Origin: a virus
DNA: 64,000 nucleotides
Strand: one strand, 5' to 3'
IMG/VR virus record: IMGVR_UViG_3300021141_000001
Shown here: one piece after another, positions 18,490 through 28,363 of the stretch
How positions within the stretch are numbered: the stretch's first letter is position 1
How the letters are laid out: each line of letters starts with the position of its first letter
Notes under the pieces: model-generated
Databases searched by the model: none
What the model was told of the DNA's origin: nothing
The model's input: only the letters and a program-made list of their open reading frames with translations
Program-made: the position numbers and the translations under genes

Positions 18490-18526
18490 TTTTTTGATAA
18501 TATTAGCTAAAACCTTACTGGGTAAA

Positions 18527-18564
18527 GAAACCCTCTAAATTTTAATAAATTTAGAGGGTTTTTT
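18527..18564 (+). terminator. Intrinsic terminator
   Basis: AAACCCTCTAAATTTTAATAAATTTAGAGGGTTTTTT. Confidence 0.8.
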
Positions 18565-18607
18565 CATTTTTTTATACTGATATATAATAAAAAACAAACT
18601 ACAAAAT

Positions 18608-19210
18608 ATGGCAAATGACATCGCATCACAATTCTCTGGTTTACCGATTGAAGACTTAATTGTCTCTCCTTTGGTTGGTATGGCTAAGGGTCAAGCACAA
18701 TTAAATGACGTAACTTGGAGATATATCTCTGAAGTAGCGTTCACTAAAGATAAAAATGGTAATACTACCGCAAGATCTTTGGATGTTGAAATGAACAGAG
18801 TTGTAACAGACGGAGCAACTGGTGAGCAAACTTTACAAAAGCTTTACTCAAAAGTACCTATGTTACCATTAGTTCCAATTCCATCACTTGCTATCACATC
18901 TGCTGATATCGAGTTTACAATGGAAATTAAAACTTCAGAAGTTGATAAATCAAGTACTGATACTGAAGCTTCTTTTCAAGCTTCTGCTTCTGGTGGATTC
19001 TGGGGTATGAAATACTCAGTTTCTATGGCTGGTAAAGTTGCTACTCACAAAGAAAACACTCGTAGCACTGATAACTCAGCTAAATACAATGTAAAAGTAC
19101 ACGCTGAACAATTACCTCCAACTGAAGGTATGTTGAAATTATCTGATTATCTAACACAAATGTTAGAACCATCTTTAATTCCACTTACTGAAGATCCTCA
19201 AAGTAAATAA
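18608..19210 (+). CDS. DUF2589-family protein
   Basis: QFSGLPIEDLIVSPL....AKGQ..L; VPML.LVPIPSL.I....I.F.MEI; RSTDNSAKY.V.V.A. Confidence 0.8.
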   Translation: MANDIASQFSGLPIEDLIVSPLVGMAKGQAQLNDVTWRYISEVAFTKDKNGNTTARSLDVEMNRVVTDGATGEQTLQKLYSKVPMLPLVPIPSLAITSADIEFTMEIKTSEVDKSSTDTEASFQASASGGFWGMKYSVSMAGKVATHKENTRSTDNSAKYNVKVHAEQLPPTEGMLKLSDYLTQMLEPSLIPLTEDPQSK

Positions 19211-19231
19211 TCAGCAAAGGATAAAAATTAG

Positions 19232-19262
19232 AAAAGAGACTAAGAAATTGGTCTCTTTTTTT
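19232..19262 (+). terminator. Intrinsic terminator
   Basis: AAAAGAGACTAAGAAATTGGTCTCTTTTTT. Confidence 0.75.
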
Positions 19263-19313
19263 ATTAAACTTTATTTATTTATTTCATTATAAGATAAAAC
19301 ACACATTTAAATA

Positions 19314-19805
19314 ATGGCAAGATTAAACATCGAAGAGTTGGTAAGTGGCTTACTTGAAGCAGGTATGGTTGCGCAAAGTATTACCGAAAAACAACACATA
19401 AGTAATCTTGTGAATTATTTTAATGCTGATGGTTCACCTAAAGTTCAAAAGTTCAAAATTGGTGAAAAAGAAATGGAGGTACCTCTTTATATTTTAGCCG
19501 ATCACTCATCTATTGGTTTAGATGAATTAGATGTTGAGTTTGAAGCAAGATTAGTTATTGGTGATAATCAAGCATCGGATCTTAAAAGAAGCCTATTAGG
19601 TATTTTTAAAAATAAAAAAGACGGAAAAATTAGTCAAGATGCTAATCATAATATTAAATCAATTGAAGTTGATTCTGGTAAAAATGAAGACGGTTCTGGT
19701 ATGGCTAAAATTAAAGTTAAATTTAAGTCTGATACTAAGCCTGAAATGATATCAAGACTAATTGATGCTTATATTCAAAAAATGGACGATTCGGGAACAA
19801 AATAA
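19314..19805 (+). CDS. Second DUF2589-family protein
   Basis: L...GL..A...AQ; YF..DG.P; VPL..L....SIGLDEL.VEFEARL; final beta-strand KIKVKFK..PE...RL. Confidence 0.7.
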   Translation: MARLNIEELVSGLLEAGMVAQSITEKQHISNLVNYFNADGSPKVQKFKIGEKEMEVPLYILADHSSIGLDELDVEFEARLVIGDNQASDLKRSLLGIFKNKKDGKISQDANHNIKSIEVDSGKNEDGSGMAKIKVKFKSDTKPEMISRLIDAYIQKMDDSGTK

Positions 19806-19822
19806 AATTACTATATAGAATC

Positions 19823-20104
19823 ATGGAAAAGAAAGATTCAAATAGTAGTGGATTTGCCGAAATATTTTTTAGTAAACTAAAAGAACAATCATTTACAATT
19901 ATTTTAATGGTTGGTATGTTAATATACCAAAACAAAGTATTTAATGAACAAGTCATAAGATATGAAAAACTTGTTAATGAAAAACAACAATACATTGATA
20001 AGTTAATTGAAGACCAAAGACAGAGAGCTATTTTAAGAGAACAGTATTTGTTACAACAAAGAGATTCCTATGTTGATGATTTAATAAAAAATAATCATAA
20101 GTAA
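19823..20104 (+). CDS. Single-TM coiled-coil protein (holin/haemolysin-XhlA-like architecture)
   Basis: One hydrophobic helix FTIILMVGMLIY followed by a coiled coil. Confidence 0.5.
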   Translation: MEKKDSNSSGFAEIFFSKLKEQSFTIILMVGMLIYQNKVFNEQVIRYEKLVNEKQQYIDKLIEDQRQRAILREQYLLQQRDSYVDDLIKNNHK

Positions 20105-20310
20105 TGGCTTTACCTTGTCCAGCTTGTAAAACACCTCTTAGTATTGATTTACATTTTATAATTGTAAATCCTGTTTCTGTTTGCCCAGGTTGTGGTATAA
20201 TATTAGACTTTAGTGTTAATGAAGAAATTAAAGGCAAATTCAAAGAAGCTATGGGTCAAATAGAAAGCATTAAAAGTCAATATAAAAATATTGCCAAATT
20301 TGGAAAATAA
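20104..20310 (+). CDS. Small zinc-ribbon protein
   Basis: CPAC...CPGC followed by a helix. Confidence 0.65.
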   Translation: MALPCPACKTPLSIDLHFIIVNPVSVCPGCGIILDFSVNEEIKGKFKEAMGQIESIKSQYKNIAKFGK

Positions 20311-20336
20311 TATATACTACAAATATTAATCTATTG

Positions 20337-20900
20337 ATGGAAAAGTTCTCAAAATTAAAACCAAAAAACGAATTTGAAGATAAAGATAAAGTTCTTTATC
20401 AAGATAATCATTTTCAAGTAGTTCAATTTGAAGATTGGTCTATTCTAAAAGAAAGAGACTGTGTTGTTTGTATTCCTTTCTTAATTGAAACAAATCAAAT
20501 AGTTTTAAGATATGAATATATTCCCACATTCAAATATGTTGATGGTCAAGAATATCATGTTACCCTAGTATGTGGTGGTATTGAAAACGGTGAAACTGTT
20601 GAAAAAGCTTTAAGAAGAGAACTTGAAGAAGAGGCTGGTATTGTTATCAGAGACGATTTTCAATTTGAAGATATGAAACCTCTTTACATTAGTAAAGCAA
20701 TATCTAATAGATATCATCCTTTCTTAATTCCTTTGAATGAAAAAGATTATCACGAGGTAGTCGCTAAAGGAGACGGATCTAAAGAAGAAGAAATGAGTAA
20801 ATCAGTAAAAGTGGATGTTAAGTATATTAACTCTCTAAATCCATCTGATTTAATTACTGACTATATGTTAATGAAAATTAAAGATTATCTTAAACCATAA
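20337..20900 (+). CDS. NUDIX hydrolase
   Basis: Nudix box GGIENGETVEKALRRELEEEAG. Confidence 0.88.
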   Translation: MEKFSKLKPKNEFEDKDKVLYQDNHFQVVQFEDWSILKERDCVVCIPFLIETNQIVLRYEYIPTFKYVDGQEYHVTLVCGGIENGETVEKALRRELEEEAGIVIRDDFQFEDMKPLYISKAISNRYHPFLIPLNEKDYHEVVAKGDGSKEEEMSKSVKVDVKYINSLNPSDLITDYMLMKIKDYLKP

Positions 20901-20906
20901 TTTAGT

Positions 20907-21101
20907 ATGAAAGAACTTAATCTTTCTGATGATATAAGTAAATTAGAGTTAATTAAAAAAGTTCGTAGATTTATTTATAATAATCAACATTCACTGCCAG
21001 TTTCTATAAATAGTAATAATCACACGGGTGTTATTATGGTTTTAGAAGAAGGTGATTTTAAATTTGTAATTAAAGATAATTTGATTTTAGTTACAGAGTA
21101 A
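20907..21101 (+). CDS. Hypothetical protein
   Basis: 64-aa ORF in operon. Confidence 0.5.
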   Translation: MKELNLSDDISKLELIKKVRRFIYNNQHSLPVSINSNNHTGVIMVLEEGDFKFVIKDNLILVTE

Positions 21102-21102
21102 A

Positions 21103-22458
21103 TTACTTATTTAAGTATCTTTCTAAATCTGATTTCAAATCATTATTGAGAGATTTTGAATCAACATGACCGTAGTCAGAGAAATTTGGTTTCATTTCAT
21201 AAGTGAAATATTGTTCACCACACCAGTCTTTGAATATGTCAAATAAACTATTACCTTTTAATCTATCAGCATCTTCGTTATCTATCCAATCATTACTATA
21301 GGGAATAGTATAAAATGTATCAAGCTCTTGATATTCTCTTCTTGTTTGATTTCCTTCAGCGTCTTTTGATGTATAGTATTTAGTAACCTCTCTTTTTTCT
21401 TTTGTAAATGTAAATTCACTTTCAACTACTTCATCAAATTCATCAAGAATTGATTGATAGTTTGAATCAACGTGAGCATTCATTTCCCAGTCTCCTATTG
21501 TACTTCTAATTTCTTGACAGATTTCAGAATTTTTACATAATTGTTTTAGAGTTTCATAGAATCTTTCTTTTAGTAAGAATTGAATAACTTCTTCTTCTGA
21601 TTTTCCTTTAACACTTTCATATGCTTCATCAGAACATTCATCACCAATATGATTAATCATATCTTCTAATCCACCAACTTCTTTAATCATAGCTTTAATC
21701 AATAATTGATTATTTTCTTTAGTTAATGTATATTGAAACATTGAAGGTATATCCGGTTGATAATCTGAACCATAGTAATTATCATACATATCTTCTTCGC
21801 CTTTTACTAAAATGTCTTTATAGCTAGAACTTCTAGACAACATAATATCAGACATATCTTCTAAATTAACCTCAACATAAATATTACCATCTTTAATAAT
21901 GGCATCTGACCAGTCATAATATTTTACAAGGTCTTCTTCTGTGAATTCAACAGTATCTTTTGACTTAACAAAAATAGCAATATAATCATTAGCTTCTAAT
22001 GACTCAGGTTCACCTGAATTCCAGTTATCTGTAAAGAATAATCCACCTTTAATTTCTACACCATCTATATCACCAATATTGCCATCTTTATCGTGTATTG
22101 ATATTTCAGCATTTGCTTCTTCTTCTATAATTGAACAAGTAAATTGAAATGTAGAAGTAACATCATCATTTTTAAGTCTTTGTCCTTTTATTATTTGAAT
22201 CCAATAAGCAGGTCTAACTTTATCACCTGATTTTACCTTATCAGTATAAACATCTTTATCTTTTACCTCTTTAGTAGACCAATTTTTTTCTTGTATAGTT
22301 TCACAAAATCCAAAATCTACACTAACTATATAACCAGCATCTGTTATTTCTAACATATAATCAGTGATATCATCTTCGGTTAGTTTCCAAAGAGTTTTCT
22401 CTTCTATTTGTTCTTTAATAGATTCGGAAATAAAGTGAATATATCTTTTAAGTTTCAT
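21103..22458 (-). CDS. Acidic putative internal head protein
   Basis: N-terminus MKLKRYIHFISES; late-type promoter. Confidence 0.6.
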   Translation of the reverse strand: MKLKRYIHFISESIKEQIEEKTLWKLTEDDITDYMLEITDAGYIVSVDFGFCETIQEKNWSTKEVKDKDVYTDKVKSGDKVRPAYWIQIIKGQRLKNDDVTSTFQFTCSIIEEEANAEISIHDKDGNIGDIDGVEIKGGLFFTDNWNSGEPESLEANDYIAIFVKSKDTVEFTEEDLVKYYDWSDAIIKDGNIYVEVNLEDMSDIMLSRSSSYKDILVKGEEDMYDNYYGSDYQPDIPSMFQYTLTKENNQLLIKAMIKEVGGLEDMINHIGDECSDEAYESVKGKSEEEVIQFLLKERFYETLKQLCKNSEICQEIRSTIGDWEMNAHVDSNYQSILDEFDEVVESEFTFTKEKREVTKYYTSKDAEGNQTRREYQELDTFYTIPYSNDWIDNEDADRLKGNSLFDIFKDWCGEQYFTYEMKPNFSDYGHVDSKSLNNDLKSDLERYLNK

Positions 22459-22460
22459 TA

Positions 22461-22476
22461 TTTAATATATATTAAA
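22461..22476. promoter_or_regulatory. Palindromic bidirectional late-type promoter
   Basis: Perfect 16-bp palindrome TTTAATATATATTAAA giving TAATATATA on both strands, between divergent CTS-bearing genes. Confidence 0.65.
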
Positions 22477-22492
22477 AATTTCATTACATTTT

Positions 22493-23332
22493 ATGAGATA
22501 CATAAAGTTATACGAACAATTTAGAATATTTGAGGCAGAAGATATTAAAGATATTCCAGCACCATCAAAACAAGTACTTTTAGATGGAACATCTAGTTCT
22601 GGTAAAAGTGCCGCACTTAAAGGCTTATCAGATGATTGGTGTGTTTTAGCGGTAGATTCATTTTATAATTTAATGTATGAAGAGGCAGGAAATGAAGATT
22701 TTGGAAATAAAGATAAACCAAAAATATCTGAAGTATATCCTGATTGTCCTTATAAAACAAGTCGTGGTACCGAGGATTTTGAAAAAGCTGCTAGATGGTT
22801 TATGACACAAGAAGCAAAATATGGAAAAATATCAAAATTAGGATTAAAGGATAAAAATGGTACATTTGGAAGATCTGAACAAAGTAAAAATGTAATATAT
22901 GATGATGTTCAAGGAACCATATTAGAGTCTGCTGTTAAATCTGGTCTTTCTAAGCCAAAATGGATTTTAGTTCATGCTCCAATCGACCATTTAATTTTGA
23001 ATATAGAAAGAAGAAAAGGAACTGACGGTAGAGACCCCAAAAATGTTTTTATTGGTGCTTATTGTTTTAAGTATGAGGCAAAATCTGAAAAGGGCGGTGT
23101 TGATCCTGAAAAATCTTGGACTAAATCTTCTGTGAAAGAGTTATTTAAAAATCAATCTTGGGTTGATGAATTCTTAAATAAACTAGGTATCAAAGAAGAT
23201 GAAAAAGAATATTGGATATACACTAAAAGTATGCCAGAAGGAAAATATGATGTAATTGTTAATACAAGAAATAAATCTGGTAATCAGATGACAATTGATG
23301 AGGTTTCATCAGAAGTTAAGAAAAATTTCTAA
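22493..23332 (+). CDS. P-loop kinase (chloramphenicol-phosphotransferase/nucleotide-kinase-like) with capsid-targeting-like leader
   Basis: LLDGTSSSGKS, LAVDSF, YDDV, lid R.ER; N-terminus MRYIKLYEQFRIFEA. Confidence 0.7.
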   Translation: MRYIKLYEQFRIFEAEDIKDIPAPSKQVLLDGTSSSGKSAALKGLSDDWCVLAVDSFYNLMYEEAGNEDFGNKDKPKISEVYPDCPYKTSRGTEDFEKAARWFMTQEAKYGKISKLGLKDKNGTFGRSEQSKNVIYDDVQGTILESAVKSGLSKPKWILVHAPIDHLILNIERRKGTDGRDPKNVFIGAYCFKYEAKSEKGGVDPEKSWTKSSVKELFKNQSWVDEFLNKLGIKEDEKEYWIYTKSMPEGKYDVIVNTRNKSGNQMTIDEVSSEVKKNF

Positions 23333-23333
23333 T

Positions 23334-23362
23334 AAAAAAGAGAGACTTAAAGTCTCTCTTTT
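23334..23362. terminator. Bidirectional intrinsic terminator
   Basis: AAAAAAGAGAGACTTAAAGTCTCTCTTTT. Confidence 0.8.
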
Positions 23363-23388
23363 CATTTATAGCTGTTCGTTTATTTGTT

Positions 23389-24318
23389 TTAGATTTTACT
23401 TAGTAATTCTGATTTCTTTTCAGAGAACTCTTCATCTGTTAAGATTCCGGCTGAGTGTAAATCGGCTAATTTTTTGATTAGTTCAATTACTTCATCAGAT
23501 TCTTTTTTCACATTTATTTCTCCTGTTTTCTTATTAAAAATATCCTTTGTTTCAACTGGCTTTCTACTTTCTGGTAAGATTTGAATAATAGTTGAAGAAA
23601 TATAATGTTTCTCAAAGTCCATATCTACCTCAGTGAATTTTTGTTTAGACTTTTCACCTTTTTCAACTCTACCGGTTTCTAAACTATTAGTGAATAGATT
23701 ATTAACTGTAGTTCCACCATATGGTACATTAACATCAGATGTATAACTACAATTTATCATATTATTACTTGAGTAAGTATTTGTAGTTGTTGTTCCTATA
23801 ATACCATTAGATAGATTTGTAGTTACACAAGTACCATTAATAGTAGGACTTGTACCATACCAAACTGTATATGGATTACGCCAAGGATAAGGATTGTATG
23901 GATAATACTTTTCAACAATGATTCTATCAAACTTTCTTTGCCAGTTATCTAAAGTGATAACATCTTCTTTATAGAAAAAAACTTCTAAAAGACCATTGTT
24001 CTGAGTTGCGTCTAATGCTTCTCCAGAATTTTCAATTTCATAAGTTGAAAATTTGAATTTCTTTTTATCGTCAATAAAACAATCGAGATAAACCCTTTGT
24101 CCTGGTTTTACTACTAATCCTGTTTTTGATATTGATTGACCGTTTAATTTAATATCAGCGAGAACTGAAACGGTTAGTGGGTTGAATAATTCAATTTCGA
24201 ATTCTTCTTTATCTTCTAAGAAAACTTTTCCACTTTTAATTGATTTTCTCCCTTTGTCGTTAGGAGTTACGATCCAAGCACTTGGTTTCGTGCTGGTTTG
24301 AGCAATTTGTTTTGCCAT
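23389..24318 (-). CDS. Hypothetical beta-rich protein with C-terminal SHOCT domain
   Basis: Ends ELIKKLADLHSAGILTDEEFSEKKSELLSKI. Confidence 0.7.
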   Translation of the reverse strand: MAKQIAQTSTKPSAWIVTPNDKGRKSIKSGKVFLEDKEEFEIELFNPLTVSVLADIKLNGQSISKTGLVVKPGQRVYLDCFIDDKKKFKFSTYEIENSGEALDATQNNGLLEVFFYKEDVITLDNWQRKFDRIIVEKYYPYNPYPWRNPYTVWYGTSPTINGTCVTTNLSNGIIGTTTTNTYSSNNMINCSYTSDVNVPYGGTTVNNLFTNSLETGRVEKGEKSKQKFTEVDMDFEKHYISSTIIQILPESRKPVETKDIFNKKTGEINVKKESDEVIELIKKLADLHSAGILTDEEFSEKKSELLSKI

Positions 24319-24431
24319 AGTTATTCTTTTTTATTTTATCCTATATCTTTGATTCATTTCTAAATCTCAAAGGCATCCTTTTGATACCTGACATAAGTGT
24401 AGCGAACAGCTAAATTATATATTGAAAAAGT

Positions 24432-24989
24432 TTATGCTTGTTGTAAATTTGTACCACAACCTGGACAAAATTTATAATTATTGTTTTCTAAGCCACAGTT
24501 GTAGCAAAATTTAATATTTGATACATTTATTGGTGTTTTATTAGTTTCTATAGATTTTACTTGTTCTATAACATTTGTTTTTTTAATGTGTATAAAATTT
24601 GTATTTGGATAAATTTGGTCTCTTTTACCTGTTATTATTATTTCAGGATTTGACTCTATGTTAAATATCCAAGGACTTTTTATCCATCTAGTGAATATTT
24701 TTGTTTTTTGGTCAATTTCTTCTCTACTTTTACCATCTATAAAAACAACAATTTCATTTACATTATTTCTTTCTATTAATCCTCCAGGTTCTAATAAAAC
24801 ATCTTGTAACACACTCATTGTTTTAAAAACTTCTTTTTGATCCGGAACTCCTTCAATTAGTTTAAAATTAAAAGTCCAGAGTTTTGAACCGGGTGCTGTT
24901 TCTAATAATTGAACACCATATTTAGTTCCGTTATCAGAACTAAAAACTATAGTGTTATTCCAAGAAATGGATCTATCTATTGTGTACAT
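24432..24989 (-). CDS. Hypothetical protein with C-terminal double zinc ribbon
   Basis: KFCYNCG...KFCPGCGT. Confidence 0.65.
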   Translation of the reverse strand: MYTIDRSISWNNTIVFSSDNGTKYGVQLLETAPGSKLWTFNFKLIEGVPDQKEVFKTMSVLQDVLLEPGGLIERNNVNEIVVFIDGKSREEIDQKTKIFTRWIKSPWIFNIESNPEIIITGKRDQIYPNTNFIHIKKTNVIEQVKSIETNKTPINVSNIKFCYNCGLENNNYKFCPGCGTNLQQA

Positions 24990-25032
24990 AAAATTATATA
25001 TCAAAAAACTTGTTTTTTCTTAACTAATGTTG

Positions 25033-25040
25033 TATATTTG
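25033..25040 (+). promoter_or_regulatory. Bacteroidota -7 promoter element
   Basis: TATATTTG upstream of the peptidase gene. Confidence 0.6.
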
Positions 25041-25063
25041 TATAATTAATAAATTAGCTCGAC

Positions 25064-26287
25064 GTGAATAAAAACAACTTAATTTTAGAAACATTCCTAC
25101 GGTTGACGAGCCGCACTTATCCACATGGTACTGAAGATGAATTGGTAGAATCAATGATTGAACAAGGTATATTTCCAGTGGATTTACAAAAAGACGTACA
25201 TGGTAACTACTTCTATAAAATAGGAGAGTCACGAACTATATTTGCTTCTCACTTAGATACTGTTAGTAAAGAATCTACCACCGTAACACATACATTTGAT
25301 GATTATATGATTGGTACTGATGGTAAGACTACTTTAGGTGCTGATGATAAAGCAGGTGTGACTGTTATGTTACATTTAATGAAAAATAACATTCCTGGTC
25401 TTTACTACTTCTTCATCGGTGAAGAAGTTGGTTGTATTGGTTCAGGATTGGCATCATCAATGTCTATAAAAGACTTCAAAGGTAAATACGATAGAATTAT
25501 CTCTTTTGATAGAAGAGGCACTGACTCTGTTATTACCTATCAATCTTCTACAAGATGTTGTTCAGATGATTTTGCCGATGCTTTGGCAAGACAATTGAAC
25601 TTATCTGGTATGAAATATAAAAAAGACGAAGGTGGAGTTTATACTGACTCGGCTGAGTTTACTGATATCATCCCAGAGTGTACAAATATATCTGTTGGTT
25701 ATTACAAAGAACATACTGTTAATGAGACTCAAGATATTCAACACCTTGAAGATTTATCAATGGCTTGTTTATTAGTTGATTGGGAGAATCTTCCAACTCA
25801 ACGAGATATGACTAAGAAAGAGTACAAATCTTATGGTTATACTAACTATGGCACTGGTTATAAATCAACTACTTATAAACCCAAATCTAACGATTGGAGA
25901 AGAAGAGATTATGGTTATCACGATGATTGGTATGACCAAAGTCCTCAAGATGATGCGCCTATTGATAATAGTGTTGATGATGTTGATTGGGAAATCGAAT
26001 ATGGTAAATTTAAGAAAAGCCGTAGAAGTAATAAAAAAGGAAAATCTTACATTGATAATGGATCCGGTTTAGAACCATATAGCGATAGAACTAATATTTC
26101 ATATAAAAGTTCTACATTATCAAATGTAGGGAATGATAGAAATTACTATGATAATTTGATTGATAAAATTGTTAAAGATGATTTATCAAAAGAAGATTTA
26201 GAAGTTATTAAAGACCAATATCTTGATATGACTACTGAAAATGATAGAACTTTTTATCAATATCTTTTAGGAAACATTATCGACTAA
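25064..26287 (+). CDS. M28/M20-family zinc peptidase-like protein with low-complexity C-terminal extension
   Basis: SHLDTV, LGADDKAG, GEEVGCIGS, FDR, YYKEHT. Confidence 0.85.
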   Translation: MNKNNLILETFLRLTSRTYPHGTEDELVESMIEQGIFPVDLQKDVHGNYFYKIGESRTIFASHLDTVSKESTTVTHTFDDYMIGTDGKTTLGADDKAGVTVMLHLMKNNIPGLYYFFIGEEVGCIGSGLASSMSIKDFKGKYDRIISFDRRGTDSVITYQSSTRCCSDDFADALARQLNLSGMKYKKDEGGVYTDSAEFTDIIPECTNISVGYYKEHTVNETQDIQHLEDLSMACLLVDWENLPTQRDMTKKEYKSYGYTNYGTGYKSTTYKPKSNDWRRRDYGYHDDWYDQSPQDDAPIDNSVDDVDWEIEYGKFKKSRRSNKKGKSYIDNGSGLEPYSDRTNISYKSSTLSNVGNDRNYYDNLIDKIVKDDLSKEDLEVIKDQYLDMTTENDRTFYQYLLGNIID

Positions 26288-26489
26288 AATCAATAATATC
26301 AGAAGACTTAATAATTTCATCAGGAGCATTAGGAATTTTAGAATTAGGAACATTATGACTAACTTTATAAGAAACTTTAGACAATTTCTCAAGTATTTTA
26401 ACAGGAGTAACCATGTCATTATACCAATATTCTATAAGAACATTGTCACCCTCTTTTAAAAACGATTTAAACTCTAACAAAAACTTCAT
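26277..26489 (-). CDS. Small putative internal head protein (Tudor/SH3-like barrel)
   Basis: N-terminus MKFLLEFKSFLKEG; TAATATATA at 26494-26502 (-). Confidence 0.55.
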   Translation of the reverse strand: MKFLLEFKSFLKEGDNVLIEYWYNDMVTPVKILEKLSKVSYKVSHNVPNSKIPNAPDEIIKSSDIIDFSR

Positions 26490-26504
26490 ATACTATATAT
26501 TAAT

Positions 26505-27470
26505 ATGTCAATGCTTATTTTTAACGACGAAATGTACAGCTTTCTACAATTTGCCCAGAGAGAGTCTATTATTGCGGCATTATTTTTACAAGGTGATTCA
26601 TCACATATCAATGATGAAGGTAATTATGTCAAAAGAGTTGAAGATGAAATAGATGTTGTTTCATTTTTACCAAAATCTAAATATGAAAAAGTTGAAAATG
26701 AATGGGAAAGTGGTCGTATTAAAATTAAAATTGGAAGATTTATTAGAAAATTTCTAACAGATTTTTCAATTCAAAATTTTAACATTAATGACCAAATGAT
26801 TGAAAAATTTGTAAATCTCTATAAATCTTATTTCTCTAGAGATATATCTAAATTAAAGATTGTAGAGGGTGAGGAAATTCTAAAATATTATTTAGAAGAT
26901 AATTATCATAGTCTTAATGGAAATAGAGCTGGTTCTCTTTGGAATTCTTGTATGAGACAAAGAGAACGAAATAAGTTTATGAAACTTTATGCTAAAAACT
27001 CTGATAAAGTCAAAATGTTAGTTTTCTTTTCAGATGATGATAAGGTAAGAGCTAGAGCATTGATATGGGAAGGTGTTAAAGACCATAAAGATTCTACCAA
27101 AGAGTATAAGTTTATGGATAGAATTTACTATTACTACGACCATGATATTAATTTTTTCAAGGATTGGGCAAAAGAAAGCGGATATCTTTGTAAATGGGAA
27201 CAAAGTGCTAAAACTGAAATGTTATTTGATGATGGTACTGGTTCTCCAGTTATAAAACAATTATATGTTATGTTAGACGAATATAATTTGCCTTACTATC
27301 CTTACTTAGACACTTTTAAGTTCTTTAATTTTGATAAAGGTAGATTCTCTAACTCTGACTCATATAACTTTGATTATATTTTAGTCCAAAGTTCTGGTGC
27401 TATGGAACGCGAAGAGCGTGAGCCAGATGAAGATGAAATGTTATACTTTGATGAAGATGATAATAATTAA
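26505..27470 (+). CDS. Conserved phage protein; paralogue of 50974-52512
   Basis: Shared blocks IKIGR, L.NSCM, RAL.W, DRIY, PYLDT.K. Confidence 0.7.
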   Translation: MSMLIFNDEMYSFLQFAQRESIIAALFLQGDSSHINDEGNYVKRVEDEIDVVSFLPKSKYEKVENEWESGRIKIKIGRFIRKFLTDFSIQNFNINDQMIEKFVNLYKSYFSRDISKLKIVEGEEILKYYLEDNYHSLNGNRAGSLWNSCMRQRERNKFMKLYAKNSDKVKMLVFFSDDDKVRARALIWEGVKDHKDSTKEYKFMDRIYYYYDHDINFFKDWAKESGYLCKWEQSAKTEMLFDDGTGSPVIKQLYVMLDEYNLPYYPYLDTFKFFNFDKGRFSNSDSYNFDYILVQSSGAMEREEREPDEDEMLYFDEDDNN

Positions 27471-27472
27471 AC

Positions 27473-27501
27473 AAAAAACCCACCAATTAGGTGGGTTTTT
27501 T
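27473..27501. terminator. Bidirectional intrinsic terminator
   Basis: AAAAAACCCACCAATTAGGTGGGTTTTTT. Confidence 0.8.
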
Positions 27502-27502
27502 G

Positions 27503-28258
27503 TTAAAACTCTTTTTGTTCTGAACGATACTTATCATATCTATCAGCAATTTGTATTAAGAATTTATTTCTAACGATATCTGTGTTATTGAACTCAAACA
27601 TACAAAGCTCTTCCATTCCATTCACCATTCCAATAAAGTCATTATAACCTGAGTCTTTTTTTCTAACATCATACTGTGATGTATCTCCCATCATAACAGC
27701 TTTTGAGTCTTTACCTAAACGAGTAACCCATAACATTAGTTGTTTAATAGAAGCGTTCTGACACTCATCTAATAACATAATACAGTTATCATAAGTAGAA
27801 CCTCTCATATAAGCTAATGGCTCAAATACGATTTCTTCTGTAGCAAATAACATATCAACTGTTGCTCTGCCTAAAATCTTACAGAATGTTGTGTAATAAG
27901 ATTGTTTATATGGATGTAATTTATCTTCCATACTTCCTGGTAAGAAGCCTAAGTTTTCGCCTGATTCTTGAATAGGTTTTGTAATAATTATTCTTTCAAT
28001 TTTTTTATCAGCTAAAAGTGCTAATGCGGCATAACAAGTAGTATATGTTTTAGATGTACCGGCTGGACCGTGTACAACTGTAAGTGTGTTATTTCTTATA
28101 CCTTTATACAAATCTTGTTGTTTTTCACTAAGATGAACATTTGATTTTTGAAACTCTTCTTTAGTAAGTGAGTTCTTTTTTCGAAGGTTCTTTTTATATT
28201 CAAAGTCTTGAATTCCTTCTTGAATCTGGCTGTTTACTTCACTTCTGTTTTTACTCAT
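27503..28258 (-). CDS. phoH: PhoH-family ATPase
   Basis: GPAGTSKT, LGFLPG, PLAYMRG, LLDECQN, TRLG, GD..Q.D. Confidence 0.93.
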   Translation of the reverse strand: MSKNRSEVNSQIQEGIQDFEYKKNLRKKNSLTKEEFQKSNVHLSEKQQDLYKGIRNNTLTVVHGPAGTSKTYTTCYAALALLADKKIERIIITKPIQESGENLGFLPGSMEDKLHPYKQSYYTTFCKILGRATVDMLFATEEIVFEPLAYMRGSTYDNCIMLLDECQNASIKQLMLWVTRLGKDSKAVMMGDTSQYDVRKKDSGYNDFIGMVNGMEELCMFEFNNTDIVRNKFLIQIADRYDKYRSEQKEF

Positions 28259-28363
28259 TTAGAATGATTTATTTTCTTTATATATTGATATTTTTTATTT
28301 ACCCTTCTCTTTATAAGAGATATCAACTTTTAATATATAATACAAACATTACTCTCAGAGAAA

